NCBI GenBank assembly: GCA_951406725.2
Contig: OX597819.1
Coordinates: 74,834,001-74,898,000, forward strand
Reading direction: 5' to 3'
Origin: Octopus vulgaris
Lineage: Eukaryota
Length of the DNA stretch: 64,000 bases
Shown: positions 9,628-22,708 of the stretch, in pieces
How the letters are laid out: every line of letters starts with the position of its first letter
Numbering within the stretch: the first letter of the stretch is position 1
Program-made: the position numbers and the translations under genes
Notes under the pieces: generated by a model
Told to the model about the DNA's origin: nothing
Database searches by the model: none
What the model saw: only the letters and a program-made list of their open reading frames with translations

Positions 9628-12600
9628 TAGTTTTGTTTCTTACATATTTGGGTTTGCCTTGTTCCTAAATCAGGAACCGTTATTTAATATTTGGGTTTAA
9701 GAAAGAAGTCCAAAGGGTCCATAAACTATTTACAGTATCTGAGAAAGAGAACGAGAGAGAAAGAGAACAAGAGAGAGAAAAAGAGAGAGTGTGTGAGAAG
9801 GAAAGAGACAGAGGAGAGAAAATATAGATTGTTGAATTTTTGGATGTATTCCTAGGGAGGATTCCAATTATAATATTTGTCCAGGTTCCCCAGGATAAAT
9901 TCTTTCCTCAGAGTGTTGGTTATTGTTAATTTATGGAAAAAATTAAGTTAAATTGTTTATCTTTTTTATTTTGAGATTATTTTTGGGGAAAGTTTTTTAA
10001 TGGATCGAGGTTTCACAATAAACGGAAACTTTAAAATATTCAGGAGAAAAGAAAAGGAATAAAATAAAATCTATTTTTGTTTTACTTAAAAAAACTTTTT
10101 GTTGTTTTTGTATCTTTTATTTTTGACTTGTTTCAGTCATTGGACTGCAACCATGCTGGAGCACCACCTTGAGCGTATTTTTAGTCAACTGAGTCAGTCA
10201 CAGATTTTGTTTGATTTGTTTTTTCACCTGGTACTGATTGTATTGGTCTCTCTTGATGGACCGCTAAGTTATCAGGATGTAAACACATCAGTACCAGTTG
10301 TCAAGTGGTAGCGGGGACACACAGACACAAAGACTCACACACACACATACACATGGATACATTTGTAGAAAGAGGCAAGCTTCTTTCATTTCCCGTCTAC
10401 CAAGTCCACTGACAAAGTTTTGGTTAGCCTGAGGCTATAGAAGCAAACACTTGCCTAAAGTGCTATGGAGTGGGACTGAACCCAGAACTACTTGGCTGAG
10501 AAGCAAATATCTTACCACCACACACCCATGTTGGCAACACTGTGTAACATGATTTTTGTCCTTGGCTATCAACTGTTATTTCCTATTTACTGACCCCTAG
10601 AAAATATGAAAAATGGCTAATATTCCTTTCAAACTTTGCTTTTGTTACAATATTTATTCAAACCCCTAAGAATCCCTCTCAACACATGGTTATGATGCCC
10701 CCTCACTACTCCTGTTCATCACCAGAGATGTGCATATCGTCAGCCACTAAGGGACATGCTTAAGTGGTTACGGCCAAACAACTGACAAGCAGTTCTGTGG
10801 TATTGAGCAGAATATTTGCTATAACGATATTTCTGCTTCAGCAACTCAGCATTGAATCTGTATGAAATGGAAAAAAGGTCAGTTTCAAAACATTAATGCC
10901 CAGGTCACAAGAGCAGGGTTTGAAGGGAATAGTTGTAATTTCCTTTGATTTCTAAATAGAAACAAGTAGGAAGTAACACTCACTGACCAAAGACAAAAAC
11001 GATGAACATTTTGTTAGAATTTGGAAAGGTTATCTAAAAGAGAAAAACATGACTTCCAATATATGAAGAAAAAAAAAAGAAAAGAAAATCCTTCATTTGA
11101 TATTCATGAAAAACAAAGTAACCAACTGGATTAACTAGCTAGGATGGATAAGCTCAAATCTGCTGCTGGTATTTCATTCTCAGTTTTCAAAGAGTTTCAA
11201 AGGCAAGATGTAGCAGATCTTATGAACCTTCCTGCCCACTCTTCCCAACCCTGCCTACATTCTCCCTTAAACTCACCTTGTTTCTTTAGAGAACATTCTG
11301 ACACCTCGTCACCATCATGTTTGCCCTCTTTCCAGTTACTCCCATTCACCCTTATATAATGTGGGGTAACCATGTATCCCCTATATTGTCCCTCTATCAT
11401 ACTTTGATCTCTCAATATCTGGCATAAAGCCTCCTCCACCACACTCTCCAACTCTTCTCAATTGAGGGACCTTTTTTCTTTGTCTTGAAAATTACTTGGC
11501 AACCTCACAAGGACCAGCATCACAAGAAAAGTACCCAGTCCACCCTGTGAAGTAGTTTGTGTTAGGAAGGGCATCCAGCTGTAGAAACCATCCTGAAGCA
11601 GACATTGGGGCTTCGTGCAGTCTTCTGCCCTATTAGTTCCTCTGGAGCCATCTGACCCATACCAGCATGGAAAACAGACACTAAATGGTGATGGTGGTAG
11701 TGGTGGTCACCATTGTCATGGTGGTGCTGATGAAGAAGATTGGAATGCTTAGCTTGAGACCAGTGTTTACCAAATGTCCTCGTTTGCCTTGTTATTGATT
11801 CTCAATTCTGTTCTGATTCCAAGCTGTCAATGACAATTCCTGTGTGCGACAGGGAAGCCACTGTTCACCCTAAAATCAAAATCATTGGACACAAGGAATA
11901 CTTCTATGCAATATGCAGTTATAAAAAAAGTGGAGACTATTTTTTTTCCAAAGTTCCTGGGCCCAGGAGGACAAGACTCAGTGGAGCATCAAACAAAATA
12001 CATTGTGTTGTTTAGCTACACTCCTTCATGCTGTAAGTTCATATCTTGTTTGAACTGATATAACTTTCCCTCCACCTGAGGATGATACAATAAGTACTCC
12101 CCCCTCCTGGAAATCTAATTAATTATTTCATCATCAACATTTACTGTCCTTGTCCCATGCTGGCTTGGGTTGAACTAATTAATTTTATCTTTCCTCCTTA
12201 AATCAGAGCCCTTATGCCTAGGTTCAAAATTACTTTTAATGAAAATTCCTATTTTTGATACCTTTTCCCAGACCATTCAGCTAGTGTTTGTCTCCAGTGT
12301 CAAATGGATGAAAGACAAGTTGCCCCTGGATAGGATGCTGGGCTAAGATACATAACAACTCCCACTGGCAGAATTCAGTTCTCCATCAGTTCATGCCAGT
12401 CACTGTCAAGAGCTCAAGTGTTCTCAGATCCTGGCTTTGCCAATTTCTTCAGTAAAATCAGGATAGCTACAATCCATCCGAGAAATGAGTCCCTGCAAGA
12501 TTGGGGTCGCTGCTGCAGCAAGTACCACCGGTCATTCTCCTTGGCAATGCCTTTGCAATCCTGTTTGCAAGGCACAGCTACACATGCCATTTGATCTGGA

Positions 12601-14127
12601 GTGTACAACCCATTACTACCCCCCCCTGTATCTTCTGCTGCTTAATTCCCCACCCTCACCCCATTTCTTTCTTTATCTTTGTTTCTCTTCGGAGGTAGCT
12701 ATGGTTTTTTTTTTGATAATTCGATCTTTTATAATTTAAATGTTGTTTTCTTTTTTTTTATTCCTATAAAAATATGTTGTTTATAAAAGCCAGGAAATAG
12801 TAAAGAATTACCAATTATTGAAGTGCTAACACTGCTTATGACAATAACCTGTTTTATGCTGTGATTCTTATTTACAGCTACACAGACTAGTCATTGGAGA
12901 GTTTAAAATTTTCACCACATGTAAAAGGCTGTGCTTCTAACAATATGAACTACAAGCATCTTGTCTTATTGTTTTGTGCCCCATCAGCTCTATCATCTAT
13001 TGTCTTGTCATTTCAATACCCATGATTTCATCCTGTAATGGTATGGACAGGTCTTTTTGTCTTTATTTTTCTTGAGCCTCAGGACTCATAAGGTCAGTTA
13101 GCATCTAAGTGACCAACACCACAAGATTCCCCTACCCCAGATGCCTGTTCATTGTATGTTTCACTTTGCTTGTCATCCTTCTCAGGTCAAATACCAGCTA
13201 TAAACTGTGGATTAGCTCCATAACATCAGTTGATGTAAATTTATGTGTGCTGTGTACTCGCTTTGAATCAGATGACAAAAATATACGCAGCCCTATCTGC
13301 TGCGGTTTTGTGCTTGCTTGTCTACCGGTTGATATAAATATCTGCTATCATTCACAGAATCGATAATAGAGGCCACCTTGCAAATTTCAAGGAATCTGAT
13401 AGATTTGTTAGACTCTTCATGTTTCCAACTCAGTTCAAGACTTCATCACCATAACAGCATAAAAGCAGCAGTTCTGGTGGTTACACCACCATTTCCACTA
13501 TGACTGACCAATCAAATTCATACATGTTCAGCAAATTCTTCTAGTCAATCACGGAACTTACAGTCACATCCAGCCATACCAGTCTTGTTGAATTTACGGT
13601 CCTCATAGTGATGAACAGTTTACATAAATAAACAGTGCAAGCTTTAAAGCAGTTGACATAAATATACGCTGAACCATTGTTGTGTGCTAATTGCTGATCT
13701 CGGCTGAGATGATTACCGTTAGTGCAACCTAGTTGCCTGATCAAAAATCGTTGTCATGAGGTTAATTTAATTATCTCCCAGACTTCTGCAATCATTGAGT
13801 CAAATAAACATCAGGGATGCTTTTGCCCTACACAGAAAACACAGGAACTACTCTGGGGTTTTGTAGGTTTTTCTAAGTCCATTACAGTGCTGGAAACCCT
13901 TCTATATCATCATCAACTGCTATCTCAGGGTCACAAGTGTTTTTCTCCTTAGCCTCTGTGTTTCACCTGAGACTGATATGGGCTGCTTATACTTTAAGGC
14001 TAGATAGCAATGTAAATCCCAACTTCGATGATATTCCATTGAGAAGCAGTGACTTCACCCCACCCCAAGGTATTTATTAGCTGTGAAAGGTGTATCTGTA
14101 CAAGTGTTAGTTGAAGAATTATATTAA

Positions 14128-14801
14128 CCCATTAAGTCCCACTGTTCTATAAATAGGACAATAAATGAGAACATTAAATAAGCTATATCACATTGTCTCA
14201 GTGTCCTATTTATAGGACACCAAGTATTTCCATTTCTCTGATTGGCACTCTTGCCAGTGGAACGTTAAAAGCACATCTGAGAGTGATTATTGCCAGGGTC
14301 ACAGATTGGCTCCCATGCCAGCGGCACGTGAAAAGCACCATTCAAGCGTGATCGTTGCCAGCATGGACTTATCAGCACATGTGCCAGTGGCATGTGAAAA
14401 ACACCATTCAAGCATGGTCGTTGCCAGTGTCGCCAGACTGGCTCCTGTGGAGGCAGCATGTAAAAAACACTTTTTGAGTGTGGTCATTGTCAGAACTGCC
14501 TGACTGGCCCCCATGGCGGTGGCATATAAAAGCACCCACTACATTCTCGGAGTGGTTGGCGTTAGGAAGGGCATCCAGCTGTAGAAATTTGCTAGATCAG
14601 ATTGGAGCCTGGTGCAGCCTTCTGGCTCACCAGTCCTCAGTCAAGCCGTCCAACCCATGCCAGCATGGAAAGCAGACATTAAACCATGATGATGAGGAAG
14701 TAAAGGAGTTTTAATAATTATTTCATTCTAACCTATTTTCAATCATCTGTAAAAACTTAAAATTAATATTCAGAAATTTAAGTACTCTGGGACTTAATGG
14801 G
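14128..14801. mobile_element. piggyBac-like MITE with a nested SINE
   Basis: TTAA|CCCATTAAGTCCCA ... TGGGACTTAATGGG|TTAA, a 14-bp perfect TIR with TTAA TSD. The nested RTE-tailed SINE at about 14240-14695 has about 4.5 internal tandem units of about 65 bp. Confidence 0.9.
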
Positions 14802-15375
14802 TTAATCCTTTTTACTATAGGCACAAGGCCTGAAATTATGGGGGAAGGGATCAGTTGATTACATCGACCCCAGTGCATAACTGGTACTTAATTTATCAAC
14901 CCTGAAAGGTAGAAAGGTAAAGTCGACCTCGGCAGCATTTGAACTCAGAACATGAACACAGATGAAATACCAAGTATTTTTCCCAGTGTGCTAATCATTC
15001 AGCCATCTTACCACCTTCTGGACAATTATATTAATGACTGGACAACAATCTGTTAAACATGTTATAACCCACAGACATATGACAACAGGGGAGGAATAAA
15101 GATCATGGCTTCCTTTAAAACCCCCACATGTGCTGGTGCCACATCGAAAGCCCCCGCTACACCCTGTAGAGTGATTGGTATTAGGAAGGGCATCCAGCCA
15201 TAAAAATACCATGCTAAAACAGTCAATAGGAGCCTGGTGCAACTCCCTAGCTGGCCAGCCCCTGTCAAGTCATCCAACCCATGCCAGCATGGAAAAACGA
15301 ACATTAAATGATGATACAGTTCTATATTTAAGAGATGTGCAGTATTTACATTACTTACATTATTTACATTTGACA

Positions 15376-15593
15376 GGCATATAGCGTAGTGGTTAAGAGC
15401 ACAGGCTACTAACCCCAAGATTCTGAGTTCGATTCCAAGCAGTGACTTGAACAATAATAATAATAATGATAATAATAATAACAACAACATCGAAAAATAC
15501 CTTAGGAATGAGAACCCAGGTTCGAAATTACCCCAAGACACTTGATGAAGGCTGGAGGGTATATCAGCCAAAACGTTGTGTTAACAACAAACA
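15376..15593 (+). mobile_element. Full-length family D tRNA-SINE with degenerate hammerhead motif
   Basis: A box TAGCGTAGTGG, B box GAGTTCGATTCC, (AAT)n spacer, then tTGATGA...aAAACGTT. An inverted tail fragment at 15359-15374 abuts the 5' end. Confidence 0.8.
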
Positions 15594-16559
15594 GGTTGAC
15601 AAACCAAGGGGTTTGGAAGGAGACTCCAGAAGACTTCATGTTCCTGTAGTTTCTCTGGGCAAGGTCAGCTTCTGTGGATTTCTCTCTCATACACACAAAA
15701 GTGGTTGAACTCTGTGCTGTTGTTTATTTTTGAAATGGTAAAGAGTTTCACCCTATGGTATCTAATTGCGGCTGAGTGTACTGAGCTGTGAAGGGTGTCT
15801 TGGTTGTTTATGCAACACAGTACTGTGAAATAATATGAACTGCTGAACCGTGACTTGAAACTTTCATTTTTGTGTCTGAATTTAAAGATATTGGGGTTTC
15901 ATACTTTGGAAACTGACTCCTAGCCTCCTCCTCCTCATCATCATCATCATCGTCATCAGCATCAGCATCATTAGCATGAGCATCATCACTATCATTATAA
16001 TGTCCACTTTTCTATGCCTTCATGGATTGGATGTAGTTTATTGAGGCAGATTTTCTTCAGCAACCTTCACTTCTTTCTGAGTAGGGTTAGGGTAATATTT
16101 CCCCATGGCCTGACATGTCTCTGCAGAATACTGGAAATGGATGACACTGCTTGTATGGCAGTGACTCTCATTTACAACTCTCATGCAATATTATGACGAG
16201 GTGTCACAAGCTCAAACACATTTAAGTATATATATAATCATCATCATCATCATTTAACATCCATTTTCCATGCTGGCATGGGTTGGACAGTTTGACCAGA
16301 GCTGGCAAGTTGGGGAGCTGCACCAAGCTCCACTTGTCTGTTTTAGCATGGTTTCCACAGCTGGATGCCCTTCCTATCAGCAACCACTTTACACATTGTG
16401 CTGGGTGCTTTTACATAGCACCACATGGGCACATTTTCATGACACTGCAAAGGTACTTTTATGTGGCACCACACAGGCACTTTTTTGTGGAACTGCTGTG
16501 AATGCTTTACACCACCAGAGAGATTGATCTTAACACTTCTACTACAGAATCCGGGTCTT

Positions 16560-16800
16560 CTTGAGTACAGCAAGGTACCAGGTCTTGGTCCTTTGTCATC
16601 TTGTCTGAAAAGTCCTGCATTCTGAGGTCATTTTTCAATACTTCTTCCAATGTCTTCCTAGGTTTCCGACTCCCACGTGTTCCATCCACTTTGAGAGATT
16701 GGCATTTCTTTATAGAGTTGTTGGCATCTATCCACATCACATGACCAAACCAATGCAGTCTTCTCTTTTGCACACAGCAACCAATTCCTCTTATAATTGT
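16560..16800 (-). mobile_element. RTE LINE 3' end fragment
   Basis: 'QKRRLHWFGHVMWIDANNSIKKCQSLKVDGTRGSRKPRKTLEEVLKNDLR'. Similar 3' ends at about 18945-19170(+) and 28410-28520(-). Confidence 0.85.
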
Positions 16801-17409
16801 TTGTAGGATTCTTTTGAATCAAGGTATTTTAATATCAAAGTCACCCACTGAAGGTTGAGATCCACCCATCCATGTATATACCATGTAAAAATGCCTGTAT
16901 ATACCCATACATATATGGACATGTCCTAACACATGTACGGGAACACATCACTAAACACATCCATATAGACATATGTGTATATGAAATTATATACCTATAC
17001 ACACTAGCATTCAGTTTCATGATCCACTCTGAGTTCCAGATCCAACACAGGGAAGGTTTCTGGTGTGGTATTTACCTAAAGAAAGAACAGAAATTGGTTA
17101 AGGTTTCACTACAGCTGTTTCACACATGTTTTTTATTGATTATATATGATTATATTATGGCAAAAAAAAAATGTTTTCTTTAGGTGAAATAAAATTTAAA
17201 ATTTGGTTCAGAGAAAAATAATACCACGATGTGGAATGTGGATTGACCCTCTCTTTTTGGCAAATAATAACTGTGTGAAAGCATACCAAGGTATAGCTAC
17301 ACTTGTTGCTTGTACAGGTCATAAAACCATCAACAGATAATGCCACACTAAATCATTTCTTTGAAAAATGTGTGTGTGTGTGTGTTTATGTATATATTAC
17401 GGTATATAT

Positions 17410-17780
17410 ACAGGTTATCCCCAAAAAAGTCTATATACAAATTGAATGATTATAAAAGCAGTGCTTATTAAAATGCATTTCATTTTCAAAATTTTATGGA
17501 ATCTACCGACAGAATTTCATTTTTTTATGAGCAGCTGTTTTCAAACTGATGTCCATTCTAGTTCAGGCGTTGGTGATAACATGAAACAATGGAATCAGAA
17601 ACGTCAAGAAGAAATATTTCATGGGGTATTTGTGTGCACTTTTGTTCAATGTTTGCCCTCAATTCGATTGTTGCTGCTTTTGTACTGTAACCTTTCTTTT
17701 TCTGTAAAGCCTCCCCCAAAAACAAGTCTAGTTGTGTAAGGTCCAGTAACTGTGGAAGGTATTCTACCAAACTGTCGCAT
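17410..17780 (-). mobile_element. Tc1/mariner transposase C-terminal remnant
   Basis: 'PQLLDLTQLDLFLGEALQKKKGYSTKAATIELRANIEQKCTQIPHE' resembles the 'PRSPDLTPLDFFLWG...' DDE C-terminus. TA|CAGG terminus at about 17409-17414. Confidence 0.75.
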
Positions 17781-17890
17781 GTTCCTGAAAGTGCACATTC
17801 TCAGAAAGTATTCTGACACTACTACACCTGCAGTCCTCAAAATGCATGAGGATAGATATATTTGTGAATTACTAACATCAAGTCCCAGAG

Positions 17891-18146
17891 CAGTGGTTCT
17901 AAACTAGGGTCTAGAATCCCCTAAGGGACTGTGAAACAATTTTAGGGAGACCACAAAGGGATGCTAAAGGATCGTGAAAATGGAGTGGCTTGAAACAGTT
18001 AATTTTTCACATGCTATTGTCTTTCTTTGTCATTGGCCTCAAAAACCCACACCACTCCTACACTCATTTGCTAATCACTCTTGTTGTACAACAAGTGTGA
18101 TTGACCGAGAGAAAATATGCTGGTATGATGGGTGATTGTGCATGTA

Positions 18147-18180
<34 letters not shown>

Positions 18181-18451
18181 TTGTTTCTCATTTGCTTTGT
18201 AACCAATTGATCGACTGATTCTCCATGTTTTTATGTGCATTTATTGTATCCCAATTGCCTGGATTAAGTTGTGGTTTTCGGGGTTGCAGGTCTATGGGCA
18301 GTGCTATTCATAGTCAAAAAATGATGGTACATGAATGTATGTTATTTTTTCCCATGTTAATCATCCTGCATTCTATGGGGGACCATGAATCATTGAAAAA
18401 ACTGTAAGGGGAGTGGCACGTAAAATTTTAGGAAAAGTTTGAGAACCACTG
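17891..18451. mobile_element. hAT (Charlie-like) MITE
   Basis: CAGTGGTTCT.AAACT ... AGTTTGAGAACCACTG TIRs. The TSD is degraded. Confidence 0.75.
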
Positions 18452-20574
18452 CCCAAGAAGAATGATAAAAATGACAGGTGAGGTTCATCAAATTTACACT
18501 AAACTGTTTGACTAAGAATTCTTTTCCCTCTTTTTCTCTTTCTCTTTTTTTCTTTCTTCTTTTTCTTTGCTACCAGTTTTGAAAGTAAAAATTGCTGATG
18601 TCATTCTATCAGAATAAGAAAGCAGGATTTCCTTATTTATATTTTGAATTTCTCTGTTTCTCTGGGGTTTTTTGTCGTTTTTACCTGAAGAAGACAGGAA
18701 ACTGAAAAGAGCCCATCGTGTGTGTGTCCTTGTGTCTGTGTTTGTCCCTCATCACTGTTTGATAACTGGTGTTGGTGTGGTTACATCTCCCATAACTTAG
18801 CAGTTTCACAAAAGAGACTGATAGAATAAGTACCAGGCTTTAAAAAAATAAGAACTGGAGCTGATTTGTTCAACTGAACCCATCAAGGTGGTGCTCCAGC
18901 TTGGCCACATTTAAATGCCTGAAACAATTAAAATATAAAAAATAAGAAACGACTATGTGGGTTTGGATATGTGATGGATGAGGACAGCTGCATAAAGAAA
19001 TGTCAATCGCTGAAAGTGGATGGTACTCGTGGGAGAGGGAGACCCAGGAAGATGTGGGATGAAGTGGTAAGGATCAATCTCAGGATGTTAGGCCTCACAG
19101 AAAAAATGACAATGGACTGAGATGTCAGGCAATAGGAAGTTCTAGAGAAGACCCACCCATGTCAACAAAATTAAGTTCTAGAAGTGCTGTGTGTCCCACC
19201 CACGCTTAACAAGAAAACTTCTCACACACTCTACATCTCTTCTCTTCCTCAAAATTTTTGCTTCATGTATTATGCTTACCTTTCACTCCCCAATCCTGTC
19301 CACTTGCCCCTGTGCCATTGTATCATTGCTCTCCACTAGCTTCCAGCCTGTGTGTTCCACCCACACCCTGTCTCACTGTATCATTGCGTATGCCCAGTAC
19401 TTTGCCGCCATCTCTATCCTGCTGTCTCCAACTCTCTCTCTCCTTCTCCTGCACTTCCCTGAGGTTGGGTAACCATGCATTTCCATTGCAGCAACGCACC
19501 TGTTTCTGTCTTCATTCCTGACCACTCTCACTCCAGCCAAATAACCTTGTACCTCCTCTACAGCATCCAGCTGTAAAAACCTTGCCAAAACTGACCTCAT
19601 CTGTGCCACATAAAACTGACCTGCTTGTGCCACATAAAAAGCACTTAGTCCATTCTGCTGAGTGGTTGGTGTTAGGAAGGGCATCCAGTTGTAAAAATCC
19701 TGCCAAAACAGTTACAGAAATCTGGTGCCAGCATCGGCCTGGCTGGCCCTTGTCAAACCAACCCACCCATGCCAGTATGGAAGGCGAGCGTTAAACGATG
19801 ATGATGATGATAATTGCAGGTAGATATTTCATTCATTACTCACCATTCTATTGGATAAAGAAAAGGCCAAGTTGATGGTAAAGATATTTGATCTCAAAAC
19901 AACACAGCCACACAAAATGAATTAGTTTATAGTCTTTGCAACACCAACACATAATAAATTCGAAGCATTTACAAAAAAGAAACAATAGTTTTAAGATTAA
20001 GTTTGTCCCATAAATAAGAGAGGCAAAAAAGTCAAAGATTTGAGGAGTCTTGTATTCAAACATTCTCTCTCAATTGTATTTAGAAGCAATGTGTGTTACT
20101 TGTTTGAATGAATAATGGTCGACCACTGATGCTCTGAAGGTGTTTCAGTGTGCAAAATATCTGAATGTGTTGCTCTGTAAAGTCAGTCAACCCACATTGG
20201 CACAGAAAGGCAGATGTAACATTGTCTTTGTTGTTTTGCTTTGAAAGGAGGAGGAGGAAGAGGAGAAGAAGAAGAAATTGCAATAAATCAAGACAACCTC
20301 AAAAAATCTTTTGCTGTTTAAGATTTCTACTTTTGTTTGTATTTGTTTTTTCTTTTTAAATAAATTAAGAGAAGACAAGGAGAAGTGTTTGCTCTTTTGT
20401 AAGCTGTCCTAGACTGGTGGGGAAATCAATCAGATTGACAACCAGTTTGAACATTGGTAGGTCAATGTCTGCATGGAAAATATGGACAAGCAGAGAACTG
20501 GCCATCTTGTTTAAAGACTCAAAACTGAGTGATGTCCAATAAAGACAGCCAAATACCATTGATCTACCTAGGTC

Positions 20575-21140
20575 ATCCTTCAGGTTGCCCCCAAGACTGT
20601 TTCCACATGTTTTCCCCCATTCATCTCGATCTTCCATAATGGTCCTCAGCTCCTGTACCCCTTCCATACCAGTATCCTCCAGCAAGTTGTCAATATAGGT
20701 CGGCTTCCTCCCTTCCATTGATTGTTAGAGCACTAACTTGTTAGCAATGTCTGATGCAGTGTCCAGCTAACTTCATCCTTCTATGCTGTATCTTCAATGT
20801 TACTTGTGGTAATCCCTGATATAAGTTGGCGTTTGTTGTGTGACTCTTCCAGGAGACATTGAGTGCCATTCTAAGCATCCTCATATAAAACTGTCCAACA
20901 GTTTCTGCAATGCTTTTGTGAACGTCCATGTTTCGCCCCGTATAGAAGAACAGACTCCACTGTTGCCAGAAACAACCTCACTTTCAATTTCCTTGCTAAC
21001 TTTGAACTCCATATCTTTCTCAATTTATATGTGCTCCAAGCCAGAGCTTTCCTTGCTACGATGTCTTTTTCAGTACTTTTGTGCCCACGCACCAAGGTAT
21101 TTGAAACTTTCAACTACCTTCAGCGAACCACTGTCTTGAT
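20575..21140 (-). mobile_element. RTE-like LINE RT C-terminal fragment
   Basis: 'LKVVESFKYLGAW', 'KDIVARKALAW...KIWSSKLARKLKVRLFLATVESVLLYG' and 'RRMKLAGHCIRH' across frameshifts. Confidence 0.85.
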
Positions 21141-22382
21141 TTCCATTTTTGGTATAATAAAGCCACATAACTAGAACAGAGAGTGTACTCCTCCTACTCT
21201 CAAATATCTCCTCCAGTGCACTCCTCCTCCAGATACTAATGCAGCCCTCTTGCTTTCTAGCCGTAACATCTTGGATGTCACACTGGTTCAAGGATTGTAG
21301 AGCTAAGAATGTGCCTATGTCTACCTGGCAATACAGAGGTACCCAAAACAATTAACTAATATATGATACATATCACCAGATCATTCTGGTTTCCAAGTGA
21401 CAGCTAAACACACACAGAGTGCAATTATTTCTATGTATGTATGTATGTATGTATGTATGTATGTATGTATGTATGTATGCATGCATGCATGCATGCATGC
21501 ATGCATGCATGCATGTTCGTTCAAAAGTTAGACAGAGAAGGGAAAATAGACAAAATCGTGAGCTAAAAGGGAGACAAAAACAGGATAGAAGGAACATTCG
21601 CAGCTGACCTTCTCATCAGTTGGTATCCAAGATGTCATAGTGGTTTCACCCTATTTAAACCAAGACCACTGTTATCTAACAGGAGCGCCAGAGCATAGAA
21701 ATATAAGCATGGCAAAGTAGATGTTAAACAATGATGATGATAAATAATATATGTTGTATGTATATGTGTGTGTGTGTGTATATGTATATATATTTGTGTG
21801 TGTATGTGTGTCTATGTATATGTATATATATTTGTGTGGAGGCGCAGTGGTCCAGTTGTTAGGACAGTGGACTTGCGGTCATAGGATCGCGGTTTCGATT
21901 CCCAGACTAGGTATTGTGAGTATTTATTGAGCAAAAACACCTAAAGCTCTACGAGACTCTGGCAGGGGTTGGTGTTGAACCCTGCTGTACTGTTTCGCCA
22001 CAACTTTCTCTCACTCTTCCTTCCTGTTTCTGTTGTACCTGTATTTTAAAGGACCAGCCTTGTCACGCAGAATCTCCTTGAGAACCATATTAAGGGTACA
22101 CGGATCTGTGGAGTGCTCAGCCACTTGCATGTTAATTTCACGAGCAGGCAGTTCCGTTAATCAGATCAACTGGAACCCTTGTCTTCGTAAGCGATGGAAT
22201 GTTACAAAAGATATATCTGTGTTTGTGTATGTGTGTGTGTGTGTCTATGTATATACTCTTACTCTTTACGTATAAAAGAGGAATGAATGTAAAAATACAT
22301 TACACAGGATATATTGTAGACAATTCAAAATTATCCACAAATAGTGGCCAGAACCTGCAATCCAAAAATTATTTCATAGAAT

Positions 22383-22708
22383 AAGAGTGCAATAATTGTA
22401 AATAAATACCAATGATAACAGAAGGGGGTTAAAAACCCTTACATGCTTAGAAATAGCAGCCAAAACCGCCATAAAGCCACTATAATCACTCATATTATTT
22501 CTCCACAACTATGAATGCTGTCGGTGAGTGCCATGACACATAAAGTTCAAAACCTAAATAAAAATAAAAGGTTAGTCCTCAATTGCAATTTCGAAGTTAG
22601 GAACCAAAAGTGGATCCATTATGGTGGTTTTGACTGCTATTTCTAGGCATTTAAGGGTTCTTAACTCTCTCCGTTATCATTGTGACTCTGCACAGTTATT
22701 GCACTCTT
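22383..22708. mobile_element. MITE with imperfect TIRs of about 90 bp
   Basis: AAGAGTGCAATAA...GTTAAAAACCCTTACATGCTTAGAAATAGCAGCCAAAACCGCCATAA is mirrored at about 22619-22708. Confidence 0.8.

Noticed and set aside
12280-14000. Non-microsatellite stretch with several short ORFs
   Set aside because: No consistent frame, splice pattern or recognisable domain. Probably old decayed retroelement sequence that I cannot assign.
14252-14540. About 65-bp tandem units resembling a CRISPR-like array
   Set aside because: The whole unit is degenerate and repeated with no unique spacers. It is an internal SINE minisatellite in a eukaryote with no cas genes.
15376-15450. Possible tRNA gene (also 33101, 48569 and 60827)
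   Set aside because: A/B boxes are present, but there is no convincing cloverleaf or acceptor stem, and each runs into a multicopy SINE body.
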